DNA from: Bugula neritina
Lineage: Eukaryota; Animalia; Bryozoa
DNA length: 64,000 nucleotides
Direction of reading: 5' to 3'
Assembly: GCA_964035545.1 (NCBI GenBank)
Contig: OZ037769.1
Coordinates: 3,329,929-3,393,928 of the forward strand
The first letter of the stretch is position 1; every line of letters begins with the position of its first letter. The notes beneath the pieces are model-generated. The model saw only the letters and a list, made by a program, of their open reading frames with translations, searched no databases and had not been told where the DNA came from. The translations under genes were made by a program, and so were the position numbers. Shown one piece after another: positions 13,501 through 27,842 of the stretch.

Positions 13501-16466
13501 GCTATAATCTTTATATGTTTTGCATCAAAGTACTGTTTCAGTTCTTTCATTACATAAAATGCTAGACAACCCTTCTTGCTATAATGGTTATTGAATTTTT
13601 TCGAGATTTGAATGTTTTTCCACTGCCTAATATTTTTGTAAGTGTTGTTCTATGACTACAAACCTAATTTCATATAGACATGATTTTAGTTGACACTAAT
13701 ACCACTGATTTTCTCAACTCTATATCCCCCCATCACTCATTATATATGCATGTATAATATATTTTTGAATTATTGTACACTCAAAGTATAATATAATGAA
13801 CTCAAGTGGCAATATTTTCCCACGTAAAAGATAGAGTTCATGTGTTGTTTTGATACAACAAGTATATTTCCGCTGTGCAGTTAAAATATTGATTGTATTC
13901 CCAAAAGCAACAATTTATTGTAAAGATTTTTCAGTAATTTACATTTAAGGTGCACGCTGAATAATGATAGGGCATTGCTTAAGAATATATAATGTGTGTA
14001 TGTGTTTAGTTGTCCTTATATAAAATAAAACTAGTATACACAATAATGAAAAAATTCTAGGAATACTTTGTATAATTTGCTGATTGCCATTATAGTAACT
14101 CGTTGATCTCTGAGGCTTGCACGGTGGTCCTACGGGATGTGCTGCAGGATCTACTTCATACAGATACAGACAGTACTTGCGCACTTAAGTTTTCATTTGG
14201 TGAAAACAATTCGATTGTATTTAATGATGACATACATGCACATAATTATACGTGAATATGTATGGTATCTGTTCGCATCTAATGATGATATTTACTTTAC
14301 AATTACTATTTACTATGAATAACATACATTACAACTGATTTCATCGCTTTTGCTGAATAGTTTGCTGTCTGTAGATTGGTTTGTCTATGTTTCGATCTGT
14401 CTGTGCGTCTGCATTTGTGTCTGTGTGTATGTTCATTTACTAGCCACTCAATTGTGTTATTTTCTACATATAGTCCTGTACAATGGTTAGCTGTGTTGCT
14501 ATGTTACAGGCAGAGTGTGTTGAGAAAACCAGTCAAATTTTATGTTTACTCCTAAAATTGGAAGTGTTTTTAGCTGCGTCATAAACTTCAACCACTAGCA
14601 AAAACTTGCTATCCAACTGTGTTATAAAAAACCTAGCAGTGTATACTGCATTTTTCATGTCACATATATTATTGTATATTGTTCTTTGTATATCATATAT
14701 ATTATTGTATATTGCACCTTTTAAATCCTTAAGAAACTGCATCAACTGCTACTTTATGCCAATACATAATATTTTTGACATGTTGTAGCAACTTTCCCTC
14801 AGGTATCAATGGCTGTTGCATACTATTAGCTGGGGTATCACTGTTGCCATAGTAACCATCGTATTAGTAAATGACCGGTTTGGCTACAACCCCTGCTTAG
14901 ACCTGACATGGTGGTGCTGGATACAACCTCTACCCTCTGACAGCAATACCAACTACATCATCGGTTGGCAGCTGTTAGGAGGGAAGATATGGGAGATGGC
15001 TTCTTATGTTCTAGTTTTTGTTCTTTATATGATGGTGAAGATAAAATTGAACAAACATGTGAGTTGCAGATATTGGTATTGTGTTATTTCTTTACTTAGT
15101 GGTTTACATGCATTGCAACAAATTTGTGCTTAAAACTGAATGAGCTTTTTAAACTTATAAAATTTGTTTTCAGTAGTGTTAGAATACTTGCTAGCTTTGT
15201 CAGATCATAGCACTTCTTTACCTCCAGTTCACGGAGAAGGCTGATTTATTGGTTTGTAGGCAATCAAATCAAATATTAAAAAGTATATCAAAACTAAAAG
15301 GTGATTTGTTGCAGGTGAGCAAGATGGAGTCAAACTTGCGAGCTTACGATTCAGCATCCGCCATTCCCCAGGCACTGCGTGAGTCGGCTGCATATGTGAA
15401 CGCGAATAAAAAACTCACTTACATTCCGCTGGTATTCATAATAGCTAGAATATGGGGCACACTGAGATTTCTACTTGGCATATCTAATCCATACTCAGCT
15501 GTGCTTAGCTCCTACATTGCCCCTTTACAGGTACAACATTTATTATTTCAGTATACTAGGCTATATGTTAGCTATTGGCCAGATTAAGTTGGTGTATATT
15601 ACATTTCAAATCAAGTATACACATAACAAGCTAGTTTCTAAAATTATATTGCTTCTAGCTGTTTATTATTTGAGGAAAACATTTTCTTAGCTTGACAATT
15701 CATATAGGTGGAATTCATTCATTTTGCAAATTGATAATGAAATTTATTTACAAAGTTAGGATTATTTTATTTAGTTATTATAATTGATTTAAATTAAATT
15801 CATTCAAATAATATTTTGTGTTTTCAGGCCTTTGGTGACAGTGCCCAGGGGTTTTTCAACTGCTTAGTATTTATTTCAACCACTCCAGTACTAAAAAAAA
15901 AGTTCACCTGCAAAAACAGGAAAAAACCTCTTAGTCAAGTAAGCTATTGTACTCTCTTGATTATAACTTTTCATTTTTCAACCCTACACAGTAAAACAAA
16001 TTATATTTTTCATTCACAACTGCTGTTCATATACCAGGTGAGTCAATTATACAGTAGATGTGTGTAACCTTATTTCTTACTAGATCATCTGTACATAGTT
16101 TTAGCTACGTTTCAAGGCCTCAGGCTATCCCAGATATTTGTTGCATATCCTTGTACAAATACTTGAACTAATTACAAGAAAGAGTAAATTTGTCAGTTAT
16201 TTGTTCGCAAACTAACCAAGTAAACAATATTTGAAATGTTGTTAAAAAATTTACTCAAGTTGAGCTAATATCTCTAACATGTGCCTCTGTAATTAAACTA
16301 GCACATAATAGGTCTTCATATGCAATACATCCTGTAGCTATGACTGTTGGAGTTGTTTGTTCCTGTTTAGTTGAAGCCTACACTGCCAGAAGCTACTTTC
16401 TACCCTAGCTCCAGTGAAGAAAACAATAGTCTGTACCCGGGCAGCAGAAGCAGAGCCACGGCTTAA
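10563..16466 (+). CDS. GPR157: GPR157-like (cAMP-receptor-like) 7TM G-protein coupled receptor
   Basis: Exons 10563-10641, 12252-12465, 12770-12971, 14789-15058, 15315-15530, 15828-15938 and 16371-16466 join in frame. Motifs: RQLLVYLSACDL (TM2), CKIQA...SIASFLWTSIIAI (TM3), WCWI, GGKIWEMASY, KKLTYIPLVFIIARIWGTLRF, LQAFGDSAQGFFNC (TM7). Two N-terminal NAT sequons. Confidence 0.85.
12003..12208. mobile_element. MITE with ~65-bp imperfect TIRs, in GPR157-like intron 1
   Basis: The left end ataagcagctcagagttgggggtgactgagtgcagtagtttgggg is the imperfect reverse complement of the right end ccccaaactattgcactcagtcactctcaactcgggactgcctat. AT at both ends could be a 2-bp TSD. Confidence 0.8.
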
Positions 16467-19400
16467 AACCACCAAATGGTCAAAATAAGAATTTTATTAG
16501 TTTTCAATGTAGCGAGGGTTCCAATGTAACAAGGGTTCCGTGACTGGGTGTCTTTTCTGATGCCCAGTATTCTTTGTTTTTTCATATTTAAAACCCACTT
16601 GTGGCATACTGGCTAACAATCGTTTAGACAACACTTGGAGCATGCAAAGATGAACTGAGGCTATAATATATAGCCACCAAGCTAGCTAATTTTTGCAAAA
16701 GTTAGATTAAATACACTTAGAAATAAAAGTTTCATTCTAAGCCCTGGGATCTCAAATTCAATTCTTAACTTTGACGTAAATTAAAATAAAATGAATGAAA
16801 GATATTTTATTCCAGTTATTGGAGTCATATAAACTGGCCCAGTACATAGTTCAGTGTTGTAGACTATTATAAATAAGTACAACACAGGAATGGTATACAA
16901 CTTTTACACTTATACTCTACATGCTTGAAAAAACTTGGAAAAATTTTAATTGGCTGTATAAATCTCCTTTTCATTGATATAATATATATGTGAAATATAA
17001 TAGCTTCTTCAAATAATTTTATGTAGAAAAACATTATATTTTTGTTATGAATTTTTAATTGAAACATTTTTTCTTATAGTATAATAAGCTGTATCTAATA
17101 TAAAAGATAAGCATAAATACGACCGGCTAAAAATATTTTTTATAATTACACAATGTATGTACTTTATAATTTACATAAAATGTAACATGTCATTTGCAAC
17201 AAATGTGCATTGTATTATAAAGATTGCATACTAATTTATAATTTTGCACAGTTATACAAAAACTTAGTGCAAGACATTGTTTAGGGCCAATAAATTAATA
17301 GCATTGTAGCCATCCATTAGGTTAAGGTAACTTGTATGCTTTTATATATAATATGTTATGCCTTTTGATAAGAAGTTTTTGAAGACCTGTTAAACATATT
17401 TGTATAATGTTATATCAGTGCAAAATAGCCAAAAAACTAGAGTTTTGTGACGTAATTAATTTTGAAACTTGTTTTATTAAAGCCAACATTGTTAATATTA
17501 ATAAATTCAGCATAATTATTATTTTTCAATTTAGCTCACTATAGGGCAGACAATTCCACATATATCACTGCATACTTTAGCCGCACATATCCATGTAATG
17601 CAGCATCCAGTACTACAATGAATACATGTAGACGTAGTTTAAAGATAAATATAAAGCATGTATATATAATATGTAGTATGAAACTGCTTGTATTTCGCAA
17701 AAATACAAAATCATAGTAAAATTTTGGGAAGATCTTGCTAGAAATCCACTTATTATGTATCATCAAATAACAGAATATAAAATAATTGGGGGAGCAAAAC
17801 TCTTCAAGATTTCTATATTATAATGTTTAGGAAAAACAAAATTACAGCAAATAATATACTTATAAATGACTATATATGAATTTTATATTTGTACTATACT
17901 TTTATAAAAATCAGTTTTATTTGATATATGAATGACAAAGTAGGAGTTATGTCCCTACTATACATTTAGAGTCGGGTGAACAACTCCACAATGAGTGCTT
18001 TTGTCAGCAGCTATGTGATGTAATATACTGCACTGTCCATCATGAAATATGGAATAGTAGAGATAGCCGGGAGTGCAGTATTTTGTATCCCACAAACCGT
18101 AAACTTATGTAACCTATGTCTGTGGAAACTTGGGGGTGAAAGCAGAACCATTGAGTAGGACATGGGCAAACCTAAATAACCATTTTATGAAGGGCGATCC
18201 TGATTCAACTCTATAAATAGAACTATAGCTATAGCTAAGCTAAAGCTATAGTTATAAATATATGAATCTCAACAATAAAAACATGGATTAAAGCTAGTCT
18301 CAGTAATATTACCAAAAATTTTTCTTATAGTGGCCCTATTTCTACAAATTCCTGAAACTGAATCTTGCTGCTGACTGCCCGTCTTACACCATAGGCTGTC
18401 ACTGAACCCTGAGGCTATTGTACTTGGGAATATGCCTTAATATTCATTCCATATTAAAAGTTGTCTGCACATATAATAAAGTAGCCACACATTATAAATC
18501 CATCGGTTAAACCAAAAGGTCTCAGGCTAAGTAGAAATCTCAGCACTTGAACAGCTCAGCCATGTCTGTTGATAAGTAAATGCAAAAGAAATTAATATAA
18601 AACTATGAATATTTTCAAGTTATAACATTTAATTATGAAATTTCTCAGATACTTGGAACCTCTCAAACTAGTGTAGCACTTTGTTTCAAGATTGTTTATA
18701 GCTTTCATAAAACTCATATTTTCAACGTAATTATTCTCAACAACCTCTGCAGTAGCAGTTTCTTTTTCAGCTCACAATTTATGATCCATAATAGTATTTA
18801 ATTATCAATTGATTATATAGTCTTTCCATTAAAATATTATTGCAAACAAACACTTGAGTTGATTAAAACTAAGCTTACAAAGGACTTAATACTGGTGTTG
18901 AATAGCTCAACCAGACCAATTTCCATTTCTTATTTGGCTGTGTATGTCTGTGAATGAACAGAGTGGCTGTATTGGTTTGCCTTGTTGTTAAGGCGATCTT
19001 CTAAGTCATTATGTAGAATTGCTTTGTTGTCATGGAGCATAGCTTGATTACTAAATTACAAAATAGCTTTCTAGAACATTGAAGAGCCCTACATTATGTT
19101 TTAAACATGTAAATTATTATTTATATTGATAGAAATAATAATTTGAATTGAAAGTTTATTGTGCACTACAGTACTGTGTACAGTGTAAGTTCTAACCAAT
19201 ACAATTTCAATATAATATCATAGTATGATTGATCCCTATTGGAGATTTATTTAGATATTATACATGTATATCTTATAAAGCAGGCTTTGATTTCCTTAGC
19301 ACAATAAACCATAAACATGAAGATATTTTGCCTGCCTAAAATTGCTAAGCCTATCTCCATAGATCAGGATAAAAGGAAACTGTTGGATTAGCAGCTGAAC

Positions 19401-19728
19401 TAATCTTGTTTTTTGCTGACTACACAAATCTTTTTCCAAGGTTTGCTGCAGACTTATTTAAACCAGAAACCTTTGACAAATTGTTATTATAAAAAGTATT
19501 GCAATGTTACTGACTACTATAATCTGCTTATGACACCAAAATTATATTTTTCAATTAGATTAGGCATTTGGTAAATCTGGGATTTAGATTTACTAAATTT
19601 CTTTATCCTAATAAAAGACTAAATCTCTGGTATAAAAACAGTTAGCACTGCAGAATTGCATCTTTTTGTAAATAATAATTCTAATTCACATGCTTACTAG
19701 CTGTAAGTCAGGTTTGAAAAAGTTAGAT

Positions 19729-19880
19729 GCAGTAACTGAGAAATTGAGAAAAGCCTGTTTTATAGATTAAAAATGTAACAAAAGAAGTTATGTTCTGGCA
19801 AGAATTTCAACCCTGCCCCAAACCAACATTTAATAACAAAATTGAAGAACTTAGGCTATCTCAATTTTTTCACTACTGCA
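19729..19880. mobile_element. MITE family B, copy 1
   Basis: gcagtaactgagaaattgagaaaagcctgt...cttaggctatctcaattttttcactactgc; homologous to 20821, 26127, 47369 and 48004. Confidence 0.75.
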
Positions 19881-19918
19881 GCTTCCAAGTAGTTTGAAAA
19901 GAATTGATTACATTTTAA

Positions 19919-19938
19919 AGGTCAAAGGTCAAAGGTCA
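19919..19938 (+). promoter_or_regulatory. (AGGTCA-A)x3; two overlapping perfect nuclear-receptor DR1 elements, or a short 7-mer repeat
   Basis: AGGTCA at 19919, 19926 and 19933, each separated by a single A. Confidence 0.3.
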
Positions 19939-20107
19939 AACTACAAATTTGTTTATAAATCCATGCTAAGCAAAAATATGTTTCTTTCATAGGCAGCATT
20001 TAGGCAGCATTTAGTATATAATCATGACTGCTGCTGCATTTTACACTTACACTTAGTGTAGCTTTAAATCTTTAGCTACAGAAATCATTATACCATATTT
20101 TTTGTCT

Positions 20108-20297
20108 GGTTAAAAATATGGCAAAGGTAAAAATGGCATAGGTAAAAATTGTACAGTAAAATGGCACAGATGGAAAAGTAGGTAAAGTAGCGATTTTAGA
20201 TATTGGAAGTTGGGGTTTGGGGTTTGAGTTAGGGCAAATTTAACATCAGTGTGCCATTTTTACTTACTTTCCCATTTATGCCATTTTTACCTAAAAC
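20108..20297. mobile_element. MITE-like family A (GGTAAAAATGGCA subrepeats, GGGTTT-rich core)
   Basis: Tandem ggtaaaaatggca on the left and inverted tgccatttttacc on the right; second copy at 46531-46730. Confidence 0.75.
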
Positions 20298-20820
20298 CTA
20301 TATTTCAGTAGCTGCAGAAGCTAAGTCATAACTTGAAATGTTTTCCCATCCTGTCATAAGCTGAGTATATTTCTAAACATCGTTGGCACTGCACAACACA
20401 GGGTAATTAAAGTGTCACCCATTTTATAGCACAAATAAGTTGACTAGTAGGAAAGTATCCCAATGTTTATTATCGCCATAATCAAAAGATTGACATGGTA
20501 TTATTGTAGGGTCCATGCAGCTTTCACACCTATCATTGCCATGACACATAGCATGGATAATGCGAAAATAAGGGGATACATATGCACTCTCTAGAGTTGA
20601 GAGCAATTACTATTTCTTAACAGGAAGAAAATTTTGTACACTGAATGTTGTTGCATGAATGTTAGATATTATGTTGTTTATCTCAATCACTACATGCCAG
20701 TCACCATGTTGACACCTGCAAGCACTGTTAATAAGTGCTCATTTTAGTGTCATATATTATAGTGGAAAGAAAAAATGCATTTGAAAATACCACAGTTTAA
20801 TGTTTTTGTTTTGAGTTGAG

Positions 20821-20938
20821 TGCAGTAATGAAGGGATTGGGAAAAGTCTGTGTTTTAGATTAGAAATTATAAGAAATTATAATTTCAACCCAAGCCAAAA
20901 CTTATTAGTTAGGCTACTGAAATTTTTTTACTGCTGCA
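20821..20938. mobile_element. MITE family B, internally deleted copy
   Basis: tgcagtaatg...gtctgtgttttagatt...taggctact...ttactgctgca. Confidence 0.65.
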
Positions 20939-21050
20939 ACTAAATGAATGGTATATATATTTCATGAAAGCATCTAGCTTAGAGAAGAAACTCGTAGCAC
21001 AAAATTATCGAATAACGAAATGTTTCACGAATACACACAAACATAAATAT

Positions 21051-23137
21051 AATAGACGATGTAAATTTGGTACATTTAGTACCTTGTACCAACTCTAGAA
21101 TACTCACCACTATAACTTATATAAACTTCTGCAAGTTCAAATGCAAAATGCATACTTTTAGAAAATAGCTGTGCAACTTTTATTACATGCATTATTTTAT
21201 TTCATATCTTAAACTTATGAACCATGAGTTCATTTTTCAAAATGTTTAAATTAAGTGTTCAAAAAATGCAATTAAAATTTTTATTCTTGCACAAATACCC
21301 TGGTGCAGTTTGACCACAACCCCAGCTGTTTTGGCAAACACATTTAATGGTTTTTTTATTGACATAGTGGTGAATGAGCTGGTTGTTTTTGGCAGTTGGG
21401 TAGACTTGAAGCTTGGCAGCTTTTAAACAATTCTGATTGGCAGGATTTTACACGATAAGTTGATGTTTGTATCTGATTGGCCTAATAATGCATTTGCATT
21501 TGAAAATGTAGAGTTTTATTTAAGCTATAATGGTGATATTTTAGAGTTGGTACACACCCCTTTTGGGTTGAGTTTTATAGTCTGTTCCTGCTGTAGTCAT
21601 CTACAACAACAGTGTATAGGGAAATTATTAGTATTACGAAATCTGTTTTGGCTTACTTTGCTATGCCAGTATTCTGACTTAGTTTGTAATCAACTATGTT
21701 GGCAGTTAAAACTGAGGGTGATTTCATCAAAGGTGGACATTGCTGAGGCCTTAGAACATCAAATCAACCAGTGCTGTTACTTGGTTTTATTGTAAAGCAG
21801 TAGTGAGAGCATAGCACACTATCACAGTCATTGAGCTGCAATGACAGTGGCTACACCAAACTCGTCAGTTCTATTATATTATCTTATGTAAGGCATGTCA
21901 AAACAATATAAACCCACATGCAAGGCACTGCATGTTAATACTCATTTTTATACAAAATTTCTACATTATCTATTGCTAATAGCTGTGCATTTAAATCCAA
22001 TGCAGATGAATATGTGACAGAGTAAAAAGCTACTGTTTTACAAATTTAAAATAAAATAATAGTGCGGGTATACACAAGCAAATAATTTATAGTTAGCGTA
22101 GGCTAATGCATTTGTAATGTGCATGTTAAACAACTTTTTTATAATTTATTACATTAGACTATGAGAATGTATTTAGTAGTATGCATTGATTTAAAACTAA
22201 ATCATGAAATGATTATCATTATTGCAACCTCTGTGCTTGGTAGACAGGATAGAGAGGGGTGGTGTGACTGCTGTAACTGTGCTACTGCTTTACATACTAA
22301 CAGAGACTAGGCTAGTGTTTTGACTTGCCTTACATACTGTCATTGCAGCTCAGTGACTGTGATAGTGTGCTATGCTCTCACTACTGCTTTACAATACAAC
22401 CAAGTAACAGCACTGGTTGATTTGATGTTCTAAGGCCTCAGCAATGTCTACCTTTGATGAAATCACCCTCAGTTTTAACTGCCAACATAGTTGATTATAA
22501 CAAAACTAAGTCAGAATACTGGCATAGCAAAGTAAGCCAAAACAGATTTCGTAATACTAATAATTTCCCTATACACTGTTGTTGTAGATGACTGCAGCAG
22601 GAACAGACTATAAAACTCAACCCAAAAGGGGTGTGTGCCAACTCTAAAATATCACCATTATAGCTTAAATAAAACTCTACATTTTCAAATGCAAATGCAT
22701 TATTAGGCCAATCAGATACAAACATCAACTTATCGTGTAAAATCCTGCCAATCAGAATTGTTTAAAAGCTGCCAAGCTTCAAGTCTACCCAACTGCCAAA
22801 AACAGCTGGCTCATTCACCACTATGTCAATAAAAAAACCATTAAATGTGTTTGCCAAAACAGCTGGGGTTGTGGTCAAACTGCACCAGGGTATTTGTGCA
22901 AGAATAAAAATTTTAATTGCATTTTTTGAGCACTTAATTTAAACATTTTGAAAAATGAACTCATGGTTCATAAATTTAAGATATGAAATAAAATAATGCA
23001 TGTAATAAAAGTTGCACAGCTATTTTCTAAAAGTATGCATTTTGCATTTGAACTTGCAGAAGTTTATATAAGTTTTAGTGGTGAGTATTCTAGAGTTGGT
23101 ACAAGGTACTAAATGTACCAACTTTACATCGTCTATT
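21051..23137. mobile_element. Foldback or non-autonomous DNA transposon-like long inverted repeat (~800-850 bp arms, ~410 bp spacer)
   Basis: 21051-21848 is the near-exact reverse complement of 22336-23137; ORFs 21460+ and 22728- translate almost identically. The match extends to about 21905/22316 past an indel. Ends are aATAGACGATG...CATCGTCTATt. Confidence 0.85.
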
Positions 23138-24759
23138 GTGAAACTGTAGAAAAAAATTATTAAATATATAAGAATACGTACATGATCTCTATTATTCATT
23201 CTAAGTATGTACATAAAAAACTCTGCCCAGATCAAACGGTTTACCTAAATTTTAATTTGAGTTATAAAAGTTTTCGCTTCACATCAGGGGAAGACAACTT
23301 TTTATGCATTATCCAATATTGACTACAGACCTGCACATCACCATATCACACCATTTAGATTTACTGTTGGAGCACCTTAGTTTTAAGGTAAACAAATATA
23401 GTTGTGTTAGTTGACTTCAACATTATAAACAAGTGTGATTTTTATCAGTAATAGGATGTTTGTAACAGATACAACTCCGTTGGTTAACACTTCCATTAAT
23501 GTCACTGATTACTTTGTGCTAATCCCCATGACAAGGACATCAAAATCTATAGAAACACATAATACTACATGCAGATACATAATAAATGAGTAAATAATGA
23601 TGTGTAGAGGCAATCCCAGTGCTACTTTGTGTCAATATTTTAGCAAATAGATTGAAATGAAAGTGTGAACGCCTGTGATTGTTTACAAGTTACCAAAAGA
23701 ATATAGAAATCACATGTTTTACCAAACAACAACAAAACTGTCAATATTACTTTAAAAGAAGAAAAAGCATATTGTGGACTTTTTCAACTGTCCCAGCTCA
23801 TAGAAACTAATCATTACTTAATATATTTTTACACAGTCTTAAATCTTCACAATTCTTTGAAATTTCAGGTGTCCTATGCAGGTGCTTCTAATAATGTTGG
23901 TTTATAAAAGTAAACTGCTGCCCAGTAACTGTTTTCAGTTTACTTTTCAAGCACTTAGCATCTCCTGCCCCACAAGGCAATGTATTAATAGCACGTGGCT
24001 AATTAAACCTAGAGCCTTAGTAAACTTTGACAGCTGGCTGACAAGAGGAGATTGCAGAGATAGGCATCCGAACAACAATTTGTTACGTAATACACAATTT
24101 TGGGGAAACTTGTTTGTATCACGATCAATGAGTTTTCAAAGTGACAAGGGAATGTTATTGCCATTAATCATGATTTCAAAATAGAGCTCATAATAATTTC
24201 CATAGAAGCAATTTTCAATAAACTGAACTAATTACAAAACAAATTATTAGCCGACTCCTTTGAAGGTTGGTTTGCAAAGCATTCCAAAAATAGTTTAGCA
24301 AATCTTTAGCTGGAGCTTTAATGAAATTCACTGCATAATAATTAGTTTACATCATCCAAACTTTATGGAGAAGATATTAAAACATTATATTGAAAGACAA
24401 TTTAGACATGCTTGTTTAGACAATGCCAGATTTTAATTTGTATGATAAAACTAAGATATTCTTAGCTATTTCAGAATGTTTCTTATGCTGTATATGACAG
24501 AAGCAACCTATGCTGAGTGTGTGCCAGTGTAAGGGCTATAGCACTCCATGACAGTCACTCATCAGCGTTATTAAAATTCAAGCTTCTCTCCTCTTCCTGT
24601 ATTAACTTGGTGTGTGAATAATTAACATATAATTATTCACCATAACTAACTCAAATGGAGTTTTCTGCTCTTGGCATGTTACTTATCTCTACACTAAGTT
24701 CACACTTACTTAAAGAGTACCCTGCTGTATATGTCTGTAGGAGTGTTACAGTTGTGTTT

Positions 24760-25220
24760 GAATGCATTACTGCTGTATGGGCATGTATTACTGTTGTATG
24801 TGCATGTATTACTGCTGTATGCATGTATTACTGCTGTATGCATGTATTACTGCTGTATGGGCATGTATTACTGCTGTATATGCATGTATTACTGTTGTAT
24901 GTGCATGTATTACTGTAGTATGTGCATGTATTACTGCTGTATGTGCATGTATTACTGCTGCATGGGCATGTATTACTGCTGTATGTGCAGGTATTACTGT
25001 TGTATGTGCATGTATTACTGCTGTATGTGCATGTATTACTGCTGTATGTGCAGGTATTACTGCTGTATGTGAATGTATTACTGCTGTATATGCATGTATT
25101 ACTGCTGTATGTGCAGGTATTACTGCTGTATGTGCATGTATTACTGCTGTATATGCAGATATTACTGCTGTATGTGCATGTATTACTGCTGTATGTGCAT
25201 GTATTACTGTTGTATATGCA
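24760..25220. repeat. 21-bp minisatellite (GCATGTATTACTGCTGTATGT)n
   Basis: About 22 tandem copies; 7-aa periodicity in the ORFs. Confidence 0.95.
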
Positions 25221-25759
25221 CGTAACACGTCAGAAAATCTTAGAGTGTACTGTGACCGTTTGTAATAATACTCAAATTATAGTAAATAATAAATATATGA
25301 TTCATCAGTTTGCTATACCTAATATAATATTATATATAGTATAGAGCAAGACATAATATTATATAACTTGGTAATTTAAACTTTGGGAGAAAGCTTAAAA
25401 ATTTGAGAGCTGCAATCAGTTACCGCAGAAAAACGAAACATTCAGAATGTAACAGAAAGTGCTCACAACCCTACAGTCTTACAAGAAGTATTTTAGTAGA
25501 GACAGCAACATCAGTATATAAACTGCTGCCCTGGGCAGTGGGCAAGTGATGCTGATATAATAGACTGCATGGGATACTCATGGTGTATAGGAGAGTAAGT
25601 TACTATAGTGTCAGTCTAGCTGACCACTCAAACCTTAGAGTTTGATGATAATGATTGCTAAATAATAAGTAATGAATAAGTCATTGATTTGGTTCACATG
25701 ATACTTCAGTCTCTGCACAAGATGACATTATGAGTGGCAAAACTATAAACTGTATCAAT

Positions 25760-25952
25760 AGACAGGTAGACAGGTAGGTAGGTAGGTATAGATAGGTAGG
25801 TAGGTATAGGTATGTAGGTAGGTAGGTATAGATAGGTAGGTAGGTATAGGTATGTAGGTAGGTAGGTATAGATAGGTAGGTAGGTATAGGTATGTAGGTA
25901 GGTAGGTATAGATAGGTAGGTGTAGGTAGATAAGTAAGATGGGTAGGTAGAT
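25760..25952. repeat. (AGGT)n-based compound microsatellite
   Basis: aggtaggtaggtatagat / aggtatgt higher-order units. Confidence 0.93.
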
Positions 25953-26126
25953 GGTGGTTGTAATCAACAAAGTAATTTCTTTACTGTCATATTTTCTTAT
26001 TTTGCATTATAAACAGAAATACAGAAATAAAGTTGCTACATACTCTAATGGTCTATAATAACATACAGTAACCATCATATCACTTTTCATAATAAAATAC
26101 TTATCTAAATACTACTAAAATTTGAG

Positions 26127-26289
26127 GTAGGTGCAATAATGGAGAAATTGAAAAAAGCCTGTGTTTTAGATTATAAATGTAGAAAAAAAAGTTACATTCT
26201 CACAAGAATTTTACCCCGCGTCCCAAACCAAATTATGTAGAAAAATTTAAAGAACTGAGGCTATCTCAATTTCTTCGCTACTGCTCCTA
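26127..26289. mobile_element. MITE family B copy (TIR TAGGTGCAGTARTGGAGAAA-like)
   Basis: taggtgcaataatggagaaattg ... caatttcttcgctactgctccta. Confidence 0.78.
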
Positions 26290-27842
26290 AATGTAAAATT
26301 TCTCCTGTTAAGAGTTTGAATTATGGAAATTAGACAACTCCTTGCATGACTAGTTTAAATTAAGTTGGTAAACAGGCACATAGAAACCTCTTGCAGCCAG
26401 TCTATGATTCAGAACCCATATGGACACTACAATCTGTTGCTGAGACAAAACATATAACTATAGCTAATTTTTGGAAGAAACTTGAAAGATATTGACAAGG
26501 TGGTAATAGCATACATATTATATTCCCATCATCCCTTATTTTGTTATTATTTTCACTTGACACATGATTATGCCTTCATAATGACAATATAAGCCAAAGC
26601 CAGCCAACTGAAAAGGTTTACACTGGCAAGGAGGCTAATAACTATGTATTACCATATTGTGACAGTAGAAGGAAAGTGTCACTGCAAGAACTTAAATGAC
26701 ACTTCACATACAATAGGTAATCATATGCTAGCTTACACTACAGTTGATGGCCCAGCCCACTAATACAGTCAATCACATAGCCGTATAGCTGTACGCACAG
26801 CTAGGCTGTCATTGCTGCTTGTCACGCAGAGCCACACACATCTGATACCAACACTGTCACACCACATCACCCAACCACTCTGCATATTCGACTCTGACAC
26901 TCTGAGATCAGCATTCTATAATAATACTTGAGTGTATTCTAGTGTTTGTTTCATAAAAACCTAAACAAATTTATCTTTGGATTAAGTTCAACTTAACCAT
27001 ACGGATATGTATTGAATCTCCACTTGGCTCGTTCTAAGTGGCACAGTATAAGTAGTGTTTGATATACACAGCATCGCTGCAACAGGCTTCACTTTTTCTA
27101 CTTCACTGGACATTCGGCAGCTGGAAGTAGATGAGTCATGCGACATCAAGAACAGTGGTAAGGTATAATTTAAAGCACCCAGTACTGAGTACAAAACATA
27201 TGGATACTCTTAGAGCGTGTTAGACTATCTTAAAGGCTTCAAAACAGTAGTTATTGGGATACTTCTAAAAACTATTTTATCTTCATTCTTTTAGGCGATA
27301 CTGTGTTAGATAAGGAAGTGATGGTAATAGTATTGTATTTATTTGTTTGTGACCACCAACACATTTCGAAAGATAACATTAACCGACTTCAACTCTACAA
27401 TTACAATATGACTTACGACTTACACTAACATTTAAAAGCTTCACTGCAATGATAAGATATGAAACTATTAGTGAAACATCATTTGTTTCCCACCAAGTTA
27501 GACTGAGAGAATTGGGCAGGGTGTTTGCGTGTTACACTTGCATCTAGTTTAAGATAGCATGTATGCAGCTTAGCATTTGGAGCTAGGAACAGTGAAGGTG
27601 TAAGTTAAACTTAGTCTATATAATATTTTCTGTCCTACAACCAGAGCTTCTATTGATCAGTTGTTGAACTTGTTTATAAATCAGATTAGGTGTCTGGTAA
27701 TTGGGTGTCTTCCCTCCAATCAATTATTGTTATCACTTTGTTTTAGCTAATAGTTTAATTCGATACAAAGTTGCCTGCCAATACAAGTGAAGAGAGAGCA
27801 GCAGCAGTGTTAGTTCGTGTCGGCATCTCTCTGCTGTTGGCG

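Noticed and set aside
21460-22728. Twin ORFs MMFVSDWPNN on opposite strands
   Set aside because: A by-product of the inverted repeat; non-ATG start and no recognisable domain.
24655-25344. Cys/Tyr/His-rich repetitive ORFs
   Set aside because: 21-bp minisatellite that is open in most frames.
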